64,000 nt of DNA from Oikopleura dioica. Lineage: Eukaryota; Animalia; Chordata. Within the stretch, counting starts at the first letter, position 1. Every line of letters starts with the position of its first letter. Shown here piece after piece: positions 25,501-36,549 of the stretch. The translations under genes and the position numbers were made by a program. The stretch covers positions 12,152,001 to 12,216,000 of the forward strand of contig OU015567.1 of NCBI GenBank assembly GCA_907165135.1, in the 5' to 3' direction. Under the pieces are notes generated by a model. That model had not been told where the DNA came from and did not search any database. It was given only the letters and a program-made list of their open reading frames with translations.

Positions 25501-28422
25501 TTTCTCGTCAGCAGTCGGATTTCGCAGAGTTTTTCGATCGAAAGAAATGAATTCGGCAACAATTTACACCAAATGTCCCAAAACAAAGAATTTTCACCCA
25601 ATAGGTGTAAGTTCCCATTAGGTGTAAATATCCATTAGGTGTGTTACACCTTCTAGAAAATTACACCTAATGGAATTTACACCTAATGGGTATTTACACC
25701 TAATGGGCCCTACTCGAAAAAGAAGAGAAAGAAGCCCTTGAATACTCGGCTGGAATCCCGATGACGGCGTAAGTAGGCCACAGAATGGCAATTTAGTCCC
25801 CCTCAGTAACCTCAGTAGACATTTCTGTTTCTTCTCAGTGACCGACGAAACGAGTCTTCTGGTTCGCTTTCATCACTTGTTTCGAAGATTTCGAACATCT
25901 CCACCGGCAGCAAAACGAGCATCTACGGAGTCGTCAAGAAGAACGACCTGATTCTCGAGGACGACGAAGAAAACGATGAGAGCCTAAACGATGGATCGGA
26001 GGGTGAAGGTGAGAAAAAGTTGCGTTTTACGTTAAACATGGTTCTTGATCAAGTTTTGGGCGATAAAACACAGCTAGCTCAATAGCAACTTTGATCCAAG
26101 AAAATCAACCACTAAAATAACTCGCTTATCAGCCTGAAATTCAAAAAATAACTACCAGATCGCGTAATCGCTTGACAAAATAATTGGATGATTTGCAAAA
26201 ATGAACTAAAAAATTGAACAGCTTGCAATCAGTACGCCAAAATAACCGGTTATAATCAGACGTCGTTCAAAAATTAAAGTACCGTAGACTGTACGGTCCA
26301 TAGAGAAAAGTCATCTTGAATAGACATCGCCTGAACAATTTCTAACCCCTCAAATTGAAGTTCAAAAGCGACCGGTTTGTAATGAACACTCTGACGGTCA
26401 AATAAGCTCTCTCACAAGAAATTATAGGCGCTTTGCCTCGGCACATGCCACAGGAATCTTCTCGCCGAAATTCCACATTATGCACATTCGCAAAAATACC
26501 GGCAGAGCGCTTGTTCTTTCTTCTGAATTCACTTCGCATTCAGTCGAAAAACGCTAAATGTGTTTAACCTATGCTCGGGCGAAAGTGAAATCGGGATTTG
26601 ATTCAACTAACCTCCGGGTTCCCACGCGTGACAGCAGCTCAGTTGCGTGAGGCGACAAATGACTGTAGAAGCTATTTACAATTAACTCTAAGTCTTCTAG
26701 AGATGCGATACATGTTCAGCCACTTACAAGCATTCTCCGCCTGCTTAGACGCATTCGCACACGGCGGCAACGACGTCGGGTAAGCACCACTGTAAATACC
26801 GATTTAAATTTGCTCGTTCGAGAATAAGAACCGGATCAAGACAAAGGGTTCTCACGTTCTCAGTCGCCGGATAAGCTCCAATTGACAAATTTCGCTTTCT
26901 TGAAAGAAATTACACGAGGATTATTTTAACCACTATTTTGTAGGAACTCCATTGGTCCAGTTCTAGCGCTCTGGTCGGCCTTTTCAGCTGGAAATCTTCT
27001 TTTCGGGCAGGGTCATTATTGAAAAACGGGATTATTGAACCTTGCAAAAATTGAGGATGAATATGAGCGAATATTGTGACCCCGAAAAAAGCTGATGCTC
27101 CTGATCCATGGATTATTGCGTACGGTTGTGCTGGCATCGTGTTGGGATTATGGGTGCTCGGGCGACGTGTGATTGAGACTGTTGGAGAAGATATTGCCGA
27201 AATCACCCCTGCAAGGTAAAAACTGCAGTTGCCACTTTTCCCTTGCCGAAATTGCAATGGCTCTAATTTTTAACTCCGGTCGAGCGAGAATCACAAATTA
27301 TTGACACAGGGTTTCATGAAGCCAAACAACCTTCACATTTAAAATCGCGATATGCGCGGCGACCCAATAATTTCGCGAACTTTACGGGCGAATTACACGG
27401 GCACCATCATTCCGAACACGCGCCGACTCCGTTTTTAGAAAAATGACTCGGATCTAAGTAAGCACAAGATTTGAAAAAATGGCTCGACTCAGCAAGTTCC
27501 ATAAATTCCAGAGTCATGACATTTCCATTGACGGAAAAAAGAGGTCCAGTTTTAATTGTACAAAGTTTGTGGGTAGCAATTAATTTCCGTGTGTTGGAAA
27601 TGTAACGTGTAAATTTCGCGTATTGAATTTTCGCCTCTCAAAATGGAAAAACAGCGAAACTGAATCTCTCGTAATCTTCACGTCTTCAGGTGCACTCGGC
27701 GGTACCATACACGGAGTTCACTTTTAGAACTTTGCGCGCCAGACAAAATATTGTTTCTGCACTGACACACATACTTGATAAAGAAATGGCTGAATCTGAC
27801 GTTGTAACCAGGTTTTAGAGGCTTCTCGATCGACATCATGGCCGGGCTGACTGTCTTGTTGGGATCCAACTATGGAATTCCTCTTTCGACAACTCATTGC
27901 AAGGTATAAATTCGGGGCTGCCAGAAAAATTTTAGAGTTTTCGAAAAGCTTTTCTAAAGCTATAATTTTTAAGTTAAGTTAGAGTACAGGCAGAGGTGCT
28001 TTTACTGCGCGAAAATCCTATCTCGCTCTAAAATAAAAGTTTCGTTGGCTTAGCGAACCATTATTATTGCCTGCGTGAAATTTCCAAAAATATTCTAGCA
28101 CTCGCTCGTTTCATTCAAAAGAGATGCAGCATATTTTCTGAATGGAAATCTTTCGCAAGGGCAATTCTAAAGCTCCGGTTTTTATATTTTTCTTAAAATA
28201 AACATGCAACAAAGAAAAGCCCTCCAATTTCGTAATCCTTTCCTCTACCCTTATTTATGTTTAATCAAGGTGGGAGCGGTGGTCGCCGTCTCTTTAATTC
28301 ACAATCGCAATGCAGTTTCATGGAGAACGTTCGGCAACATTGCCTGGGCCTGGATCGTAACACTTCCTGTTTCCGGCGCTATTTCCGCCTTCTTTTACTG
28401 GCTTATCATCAAGTTGCTGTAA
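16598..28422 (+). CDS. SLC20A: SLC20/PiT sodium-phosphate symporter, multi-exon, interrupted by a MULE insertion
   Basis: [16 protein letters not shown] (N-terminal PHO4 signature); [12 protein letters not shown]; [10 protein letters not shown]; GRRVIETVG; [10 protein letters not shown]; [18 protein letters not shown]. All match remembered PiT1/2 motifs. Confidence 0.95.
19390..20056 (+). pseudogene. AAAS: WD40 gene fragment resembling Aladin, inside the MULE
   Basis: [23 protein letters not shown]; [10 protein letters not shown]; [29 protein letters not shown]; [10 protein letters not shown]. In-frame TAA at 19575-19577, one frameshift, intron 19705-19747 retained. The Aladin identity is from memory. 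Confidence 0.55.
20146..22100 (-). CDS. Ulp1/SENP-like (peptidase C48) protease with long charged N-terminal region, carried by the MULE
   Basis: His motif GHW (20522-20530), Asp motif YDSL, and in the next exon [10 protein letters not shown] (Cys 20290-20292), probably joined by a 64-nt GC-AG intron. Confidence 0.8.
22215..22370 (+). pseudogene. ISWI/SNF2H-like fragment (post-helicase region) inside the MULE
   Basis: [35 protein letters not shown] resembles ISWI DQN..KDEMLQMIRHGA..VF..DIDGILERGAKK. A stop lies just upstream; no helicase exons. Confidence 0.55.
22500..24573 (-). pseudogene. Decayed MULE DDE transposase
   Basis: [46 protein letters not shown] (D2 and CxxH motif); [18 protein letters not shown] (D1-like); N-terminal Y.F..C..C.A.I zinc-finger-like part. 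In-frame TAA at 23911-23913 and an apparent frameshift. Confidence 0.8.
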
Positions 28423-29249
28423 ATAGATAGAATAAATGATTAAAATAATCTTAAAATCGAAAGCTGCAAAGGCTTAAAAACAAAGAGAAAACTATCGTGT
28501 AAAACTTCATTTTTTTTCGAAAAATTTTGGCCGCTAAAAATGATCGATCGTTTGAACAGCTGATTTGCGACTCACGAGCTTGATCGTGTTTCGCCGCTCG
28601 TTTGTCTTCATGAGTAGCGTTTAGTTTTTTGTCGCTTTTCACCAAAACAAGTGGCGCTTTTTGATTTTTAGGTGATTATTTGACTGGTATTTTGAATGAT
28701 AACTCTGAGTCTGATACTATTTGGAAATATGATTTTGATAATCTCAATCAATCAGCTTTTGGCCCCGCCCTGGTTACGAAACGATAATTATCGAACTTCA
28801 GTTTTCAAGCTAAGATTTTTTCCAAGAGTTAACCAAGTTGCCAATTACTTTCTCTTTGTCATTCCTTTTATAGAAAATATGCAGATAATAAACTACAAGT
28901 GCTACAAGCAGATGTTTAGACGGGTCAAGAAGTTGTTTACCGCCTCGGAAATGATTAGGTCAGCCGGGAAATGATATTTCCGTGGGTTACCTACCACGAC
29001 CTTTTTCTTTTCCGATGATGCGTGTGTTCTTGCAGCGAAACTTTATTCAGCCTATTTATTCAAGCAGATAAATGGGCCAGGAGATGCGTTTACATTTCGC
29101 ACGGAGTAGGCTCCTCTTGTTCGAACAAGATGGTCTGTGCCGTTTCTAGTGGAAAGACGGGAGCTAAAATGACCATGGCAGATGCTATCCACAGCCACTA
29201 TTTCTTCTGAGCATCTTTTATGGTTTTCTTGGTGCTACTTATAATTACA

Positions 29250-30349
29250 TTATTGCAATTAATGAATGTCAATCATCAAAAAACAGCTTGGATTGAATAA
29301 TATCAAGAAAACCTACGTAAGCCAAGTTATTGCACTGGCCAGTGTTCTTGAGCAAAGGGGAATTCCAACTTCTTTCTCTCGGTATTCACCCACTGTCCAT
29401 CCAGAGACAAGATTCGCTGGAAAATTATCGTTAGGCAATGAATCTATTTCGATCACGCGAAACTCTTCAGACCAAAGAAATCTTGCAGAGTTGTAAGGAA
29501 GATATTCCTCGATGAAGGTCTTGTTGATTCTGAGGACATCGGAAGGAAAGTTATTGCCGTATTGGAAATATACAGTGAAGTTTTCATCTTTGTTGAGTTT
29601 TTTGAGATACTACCATGTTTTCCTGGTAGATTGTTGAGAAACTCTTTCTTTTAGGAAATCGCTCTCACGAAAATAAATCCTTGATAGTCGCACTCCTTCA
29701 ACATCATTTAGCTTGTATAAACAGCCTTTAGCGAGCATATACCCTTAAATTCATTAAACTCGTTAGAAAATTAGGTTATTCAAAATATTACCAAGGTGAT
29801 CATTAGCACCAATGAATTCCTCGAGCAAAGTCGTGATAATTTTTTCGTCTTCGCCAGTCGCAGTTGTATTAACACCAAGTTCAAGCGAGTAAAAAGCATC
29901 AATCCAAAACATGTTATTCTTCTCAATCTCAAGATGCTCAATATCAGGAGTCATCAAAATCTCAAAGCCCTGCTTGGGCAATGTCATATTCCGGCTCAAA
30001 CAGACATCTCGAGCTTCGAAGAAAAAAGTACCGCCCTCGCGTTGATCAATGAACAGTCCGTCGCGAATTTCGCCGTTGATTTTAACTTTGATGTCGTAAG
30101 TTCTCTCCAACGGTTTCTCCAACTTTTCAAAAATCAAAAATAATTTTCTTTATATTTTATGATTTTTTGGCGTTTTTGACATTCCGGAAAATCAAACGGC
30201 AGAGAAATCTCTTCCATGAGTTGATGCACTCCTTCAGTCAAATTCCCTGGCATAAAAAACAAGATAAAAGAGAGCACCATCGTCAGAATGAGTGAAAAAC
30301 CTCCTAAAAGAGTGAAGCCAGGTTTTTTCCAATTCATATTTTCTCTCAA
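29250..30349 (-). CDS. Type II membrane protein with C-type-lectin-like domain (3' end approximate)
   Basis: N-terminal TM (GFTLLGGFSLILTMVLSFILFF); FFEARDVCLSRNMTLP..FWIDA..GCLY pattern of a CTLD. Confidence 0.45.
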
Positions 30350-31308
30350 TAAAATGATAGTTTTTGAAAGTTTTGGAGCTTTTTATGAAGGATTAAATTT
30401 AGGCGAGCGAGTGAGGCGGAACAATTTATTCAAAATTATTCAAAAACATTTTTGCTTCTCAAGAACAGGATAGAACCCCTTATGGGTGATGATTAATAAC
30501 ATATTTTTATGCAAGGCCGGCTCTTATCTTCGTACGAATGGAACATACGCGCTGCACATGGAAATTCTTTGCTTGAGTACTCTGTAATTTCAAAGTCTTT
30601 AGAGTTATAGAAAGTTTCTTCGTTACCAGCTCATTCTTCGTCTTTTCGAAATTTTGAGAAAGAAGCAGCCATCGAAGAAATTTAATGGCTGCTGAAATTC
30701 TTCATTTTGTCTGTTATCGAATATTGAAATTCCTTTGAATTCCGGATTAAAGGACAGATCAAATGCAATAATTTTATAATTTCATGGCCGATTATGGTCA
30801 TTTCTACGTTGCCACGAGCTGTCCACCACAAGTGAGTATGGATTCCGTGGATTTGAGTGGGATTCTCACTCACCACCGCTTTTCTTCGTGCCTTCTTTAA
30901 CAAACCGTAAGCGCTCAATTTTAGAATCATAAATCCACAATCGTGTCTAGTCCCGTTTGTCTCTTCAATACTCAATTTTACGTTAAATGATAAAATCGGA
31001 AAGAAACTGTCTTTTGTAACTAGCGATAAGTTTTTCGAGTTTATGGGCTCGCTGTCGTCAGGAGCATAATCATTTATCGCCGCATTTGTGCTGTAGTTCG
31101 GGTGAAATGCATTTTAGACAGGCCGCCTCGTCCAAATGAACTCCAAAGGTGGCAGCCAGTCACCAGTCCCTGACTTGCCCAGGCATTCCTGACAGGCTCA
31201 ACAAGCTGCAAACGGGCGAGGGTGAGAAGCGTCACTTTAGCTTCCGAATATTCGAACGCTGATTTTTCGCTCAAAAAATCTTTTTCTCAAGAATTCTTTT
31301 TTTTTAAT

Positions 31309-32525
31309 TTATTTTCGTGTGCAAATCATGAAATCAGCTCCAGGAGAGCCCATCAGAATATGTTGCTCCCATTCAACCGCGATCGAACATTGTCGGAACT
31401 CGTCTCCGTTGTCGAAGTAGATCTGCTCGGCTTCATAAGACCCAGCTGGAATTTTGTAAATCTCGGAACCAATCGGCTTTCCATTGAAAAGATGATCTCC
31501 CATGTTCGTTCCTCCGCCAATGAACATGTCGCCAGCTTTGTTCATCCAAATATTGTCATGAACAACTTCCAGGGCGACATTTCGTTTGAAAGTCAAATCT
31601 GAAAATAAGCTTGAAATCATGGAGGACTCTTTTACCTTTGTTGATCGGATCGATTTGGTAGACCGACATGTAGTTCGCCAAACTGAGAGCAACAAACAGC
31701 TCATTTCCTCGCTTTTGAACTCCGTTCGGGAATGCCAAAGTCGGATATGTTTTCAGCTCACAGTTGCTTCCATTACAGTAAGCAATCGAGCCAAGTAACA
31801 TGTGTGAGGTCACCTCAAGTTTTCTCAGCCAGGGGGTGGTTTGTTTAGAATGAAAGTTGTTGGAGACTTAAATTTACGTCTTACGTATGATTTAAAGTAT
31901 TACTGTAGAATTCATCCTCCCCGATGACATTGAGATCATTGATATTTCGGAAAACTTTGTCGTCTGCGAAGGTCTTCATCCAAATCAGCTCCCGTTTGTT
32001 TTCGGCAAGTCTGTACTTTTCAACTGTCTCGCGGCTCATGTTTTCTCCATGGTTGACGATGTATAGAAATATTTGACCCTTTATCTCAAGGATATCAAGT
32101 CCGTGAGGATTAAGGTGAGGGCCACTGAGGCTGAGCTCAGTTAGTTCTGGCGATTTCTTTGATCGAGCTACTACTTTATCTGATTCGAATGATTTCAAGT
32201 TAATTTCAGCTCTAGCCTTAGTCAAATCCATCGAATAAATCTTTCCACCTCCTTCTGAATTCACAAAAGGCGGGTATCTCAGTCCAGAAGTTATAAAAGC
32301 CAACCCATCACTTGAAGTAGCAATATCTTCGGCGCCAACGTCAAACAACAATTTCTTGCAATTATGATCGTCGAAATGCTTGATCTTCAATGTATCTGGA
32401 TTGTGGCGATAGCCGAATAACGTAACAGATTTATTGACATAGAAAGCGACGAAGCAAAGGACGAGAAATTTTATGCTGAAAATGTTGCTCAAGAAGCCTT
32501 TTTTCTCGGTTTTCAAATTTTTCAT
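31309..32525 (-). CDS. PON: Paraoxonase/arylesterase (six-bladed propeller), 3 exons
   Basis: GAEDI..GLAFITSGL, NPHGL, LYIVNH, NINDL, FPNG, DNI, ILMGS motifs of the PON family. Confidence 0.9.
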
Positions 32526-32814
32526 TAAGAATTTCTCTCAAATAAATTGATCTTAAAATGACTAAAAACCGTAGCCATCTTGTACTTCTCTAAAGGTCAC
32601 TCTACTATTTTTGATGCTCGTCTGTTTCTTTCTGCAGCGCCAATATTTGACTAACAAAAGAGTTCACTTTTTACAATGCTGCGCTTGAAAACAAATGGCT
32701 GTAATTTCACTTGAAATAGGACGCTTTTTTCTATAAATATATTTATTTGAAAGGAGCACATAACAAAAAGGAACGTAAGGAACAAAATATTAAGATATAA
32801 ATTCTGATCAGAAG

Positions 32815-33592
32815 TTATTGTGTGATCCACGGACGAAAGGGCCCATTGTCAGGGCTCGAGCGGAAACGCTTGCGAGTCACTCCAATGGTAGCGCTAGAAA
32901 TAGGCACAATCGTTGATTTAGCCCTGGTCAAGGTTTGGTTGACTGGGACAGTAATTTCTACTTCGGGTTCGGAGTCAGAGTTGGGATTGGTTCCGGTGGA
33001 ATTGGATTCGGCGTTGGCAAAGAGAGCCTTTTCGATGTCGGGTTCAAGTTTCGCCCGCTTTGGGTTCTGGTTCATTTGAGCAAGAGCGTAAGGGTAAACG
33101 GGGCTTATTGGTGACATGGGAATTCTACAGGCGGGGATAAACGGAGTGGTGCTCAGCTGACAGGCTGACTTTTGACGAGCTGGGAGACGGGGGCGAACAC
33201 CTTCTCGTGGATTGTACATGTGTGGGCTAGGCAGCATCCCGTAAAAAGCTCGAAGAGTCTTTAGATATTCGACAGCGTTCTCTAGAATATCTGCTTTTTC
33301 AAGCTTCGAGTGACAAGTGACCTGAAGATAGGTTGTAAAGAAATTGTTGAAATCAAGGAAGACTTACGTCGCGGCCCATGACTTCAAGGAGAAGATTTTT
33401 CATTTCATTCAGCGCCTTATTCATTCTCTCTCGTCTTCGTTTCTCCATCAATGGTTTTGTGGCTTGCATCTAGAAATATATGTAAGCTACAGTTTCCCTA
33501 ACTTTGCAAACCTGTCGATCAAAAGAACCAGGAGTAGAGGGAGTCTTCGGAATCGCCTCTTGTGCAAGTGTTGTTTTGCTTACTTGGCTCAT
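32815..33592 (-). CDS. HES: Hairy/E(spl)-type bHLH repressor ending FRPWITQ
   Basis: Spliced: KPLMEKRRRERMNKALNEMKNLLLEVMGRD-VTCHSKLEKADILENAVEYLK; C-terminal ORF 32815-33237. Confidence 0.88.
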
Positions 33593-34078
33593 TTTTTCTT
33601 CAGTTCGGAAAAAAAAAGGATTCCTTTAATTATTTCCTCGTTATTTTCTAAAAAGATCTTCCTCGATGAAACTCGTCGTTATTCGCGCAATAGAGCGCCG
33701 CGTAGTGGCGCTGTTGGATAATTCAAAGAAAGGGAAGCACGCTGGGAATCTGAGACGCGTGTTCTGTCGAGTGGCTTATCTTTATGGCGAACTCGCGAAG
33801 GAAAAAGTGCTCTTTTCAGAATTGTCAAAGGAATACTGCACATGACATTCGGGAGAACTTTTGGGCGGATTCTCTACGTAGAAACATTCTGAAACGATTG
33901 TAACTTCATCGTTAAATTCAAGGAAAAAAATATTAACTGAATTACTCGTATGCCAATTTTATAACTGATAAGGCTTAGAATAATGTTTACTAAAGGAATT
34001 TTGGCAGTTTCAAGAGAACAGTGGGGACGATAAATACTGAAGAAGTCAACCTTGCCTCCAGTGACTCAAGAAAGAGGG

Positions 34079-34118
34079 GTGGGAAGTAAAACGACGCCTG
34101 GAGGCAAGTGGTTCCCAC
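34079..34118. promoter_or_regulatory. Inverted pair of CSL/Su(H) core motifs upstream of HES
   Basis: GTGGGAA 34079-34085 and TTCCCAC 34112-34118, 26-nt spacer; another CGTGGGAA near 35382. Confidence 0.35.
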
Positions 34119-36549
34119 AATCGGGGCACAATGCTCGAGGGCCAGCTACCTCTGACACAAGAGCGAGCTCTGATCAGCCGACCTTCAAGGGCCAGATTAT
34201 CATAAACAAATTTCCTCTTTCGACTTTTATGTCTCTCTATCACGAGCTCTGGAGCTCGAGCTATGATACAGGCACGCAAATGTGTCTTTTTTTCTGTTAA
34301 AACCGTTATGGTAATTATTGGCGAATAAAAAAAGGAGATCATTTGATAATTTCCGTGCGACTTCCGGTCGATCAAATTATGGCTATAAGCTGCCAATTGT
34401 CGTCGCAAAGTATGGCGGGTGAGCGGGATTTTCCTCACTATGAAGCGGATAATCCGCTGACATTTCCGCAATCTCCTTGATTTATCTGCTTTTTCTTCCG
34501 TAAAATAAACTTTCTGGTATTCAAAATGATTATTTTGAAATGTCATTCTATAAACTCGGCACAGTAGCTTGCTGAGTAATAGAAATAAGCTGAGTGCTTT
34601 TAACAAGTTTGTATCTTTTGAAGATACTCTTTTTTCTTCGTTACAGTAATTGTCCTTCATTATACCTTCCTGGGAGCCAGTTAAAAAACGTTTAAACCAG
34701 CAGATAATGGTTTTACAAGTTCTTAAACGCGAGACACGTTCCCGCGGCCATTAAGGGTAGTTTCTAGTTTACTCAGCGCCGCCGCCGGCCCGTCGCAAGA
34801 GCCCTGGGAGCACGAGTGTGCGGCAGACTCGCGACACTTAACACGCCTGGGGGCGGTTCACCATCAATAACATTATCGCAATGTTCCCAGGCATTGTTAG
34901 GCACCCGTGTTTGGCCAAGAATGGGGCTGATTTATGTGAGAGCCCATTCGCCGAACGGCCGCGGGCGAGTGCGACGACAACAACTTTGGGCGGAAATCGA
35001 ATCATTTGTTATTTTGTGATTCTTTCCACTAAAATCTACGTCAAGCTTTTTTGTTAGAAAAAAAGTATGACAGACGAAAAATTCCTCGAGTCTGAAAAAC
35101 TCGTTTGAAGTCATCGTTTCCGCAAATTATCTTCTGAAGTTGTTGGCTTTTTGTAGCGCAACAAGGACTCGCGGCTTCCGGATTTATGGTGGAGCGAGTT
35201 TCAAAGAGTGCCGGAAGAATCGTCGGAAAAGTCATCTGTCAAGGGTGACACGCTTTTTACTCTGTTGATATTTAGGTGCCTATTTCCAGCGCGCATCATG
35301 CCTACCTCCACGTCAATCAAAGCCAGGCGTTTTTCGGCGAGCTCGAGTCAGACCTAAAGTACTCCCTCGAGATAACCACGAGCGTGGGAAGGCCTTCAAA
35401 ACTGCTCATCCGTCAAAAGGACGTCGACATTTCTGGACTGAAACGACTCCTCCATGTTCTCAAATATAAATAGACGCTAAAACAACAAATAATCTGATTT
35501 ATATCAGTAATTGATCTAAAAACTTTAAACTCATCTTTAGCTACCGATATTTATTCCCTTGTTCTATGGAGTCATCAAAATTTGGATGAAATCAAGGAAG
35601 ACGATTTTCGAAAAATCAATCCACTAAACCGCCACTATGGCTCCTTATCCACGCGCGTCGTCCTTTCAAGTCCTGTTGGTTTTATAGCCAATTATCGTAT
35701 TTTAAAAAAGAACTTCCTTGAAAATTGTCGGAAGATAGAAGGCAGTGATCACGCGTGTGCGCCGCGCCGTCGCCAGCTGACAGCTCTGTCCGCTTTGTGC
35801 GTCTCCGGAGTAGCACTTTTTTCGTAAAGGCGAAAACGATTTACGCTGATTTATTGCACCCGCAAAATTACACCCGAAAAAGTGCCGGAAGCTCAAGCTC
35901 CCTGTGGAAGATGACGCGGAGACGCCTGCTCCCTAGATTAACTGAAAAATGTCACAACTGTCGGAATGGATTTGAAGCAGATTTCGATCATCTTCTTCTT
36001 CCTCTTGAAAATGCTAAGGTTGGGAAAAGTCGGATCTGAACGCAATAATGTTTTCAATGAAAAAAATATTGGCTGTTATATACGGCCTTGAATCCGTGGG
36101 AGCAGACTTCGTCGTAAGGACAGCTCGTTTTCTTTTTACAGAGCTCATTACAGAAGTGAGCAGATACTAAAAGTACGATTTGAAACGTCATTCTCACTTT
36201 CAAATTGAAAGTTTTTATATTCAAGTTTATTATTTGAAAAAAAAATTAATAAAGCCAATTTATTTAACTCCAATTATTCAAGTACAAGAAATGATATTTG
36301 AAATTGTTGAATCTTTCAAAAATTTAACGACCACCTGTCAAGCTCATCTTTTCAAAAACTCTTTGTCTCATTATTGAGGACATAAAAATATTTTCCTTCG
36401 TCACAATTATCGAAGAAAATCGAGTTATCAAAGCTCTGGGGAAAACGGCAATGACTGAGGACTTGGCACGCGTATACTGAAATTAATCGATCGACCTCGG
36501 TGGAAAGAGAGAAATCAGCCACGTTATGGCCCACGTATGAGTTTCGGGG

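Larger units (their letters stand above)
18616..25715 (-). mobile_element. Mutator/MULE DNA transposon (7100 bp) with ~115-bp TIRs, 9-bp TSD, transposase, Ulp1 protease and captured fragments
   Basis: GAAAAAGAA at 18607-18615 and 25716-25724. TIRs at about 18616-18732 and 25598-25715 are inverted copies. Internal MULE DDE motif present. Confidence 0.92.

Noticed and set aside
28690-29210. Possible protein-kinase C-terminal fragment (KMVC..MTMADAIHSHYF)
   Set aside because: No upstream kinase motifs (HRD, DFG, APE) could be assembled.
30682-31274. Possible small gene between PON and the lectin-like gene; likewise ORF pieces at 3108-3317, 34046-34660, 35100-35473 and 55432-55755
   Set aside because: Splice-compatible but no recognisable motif; not supportable without transcripts.
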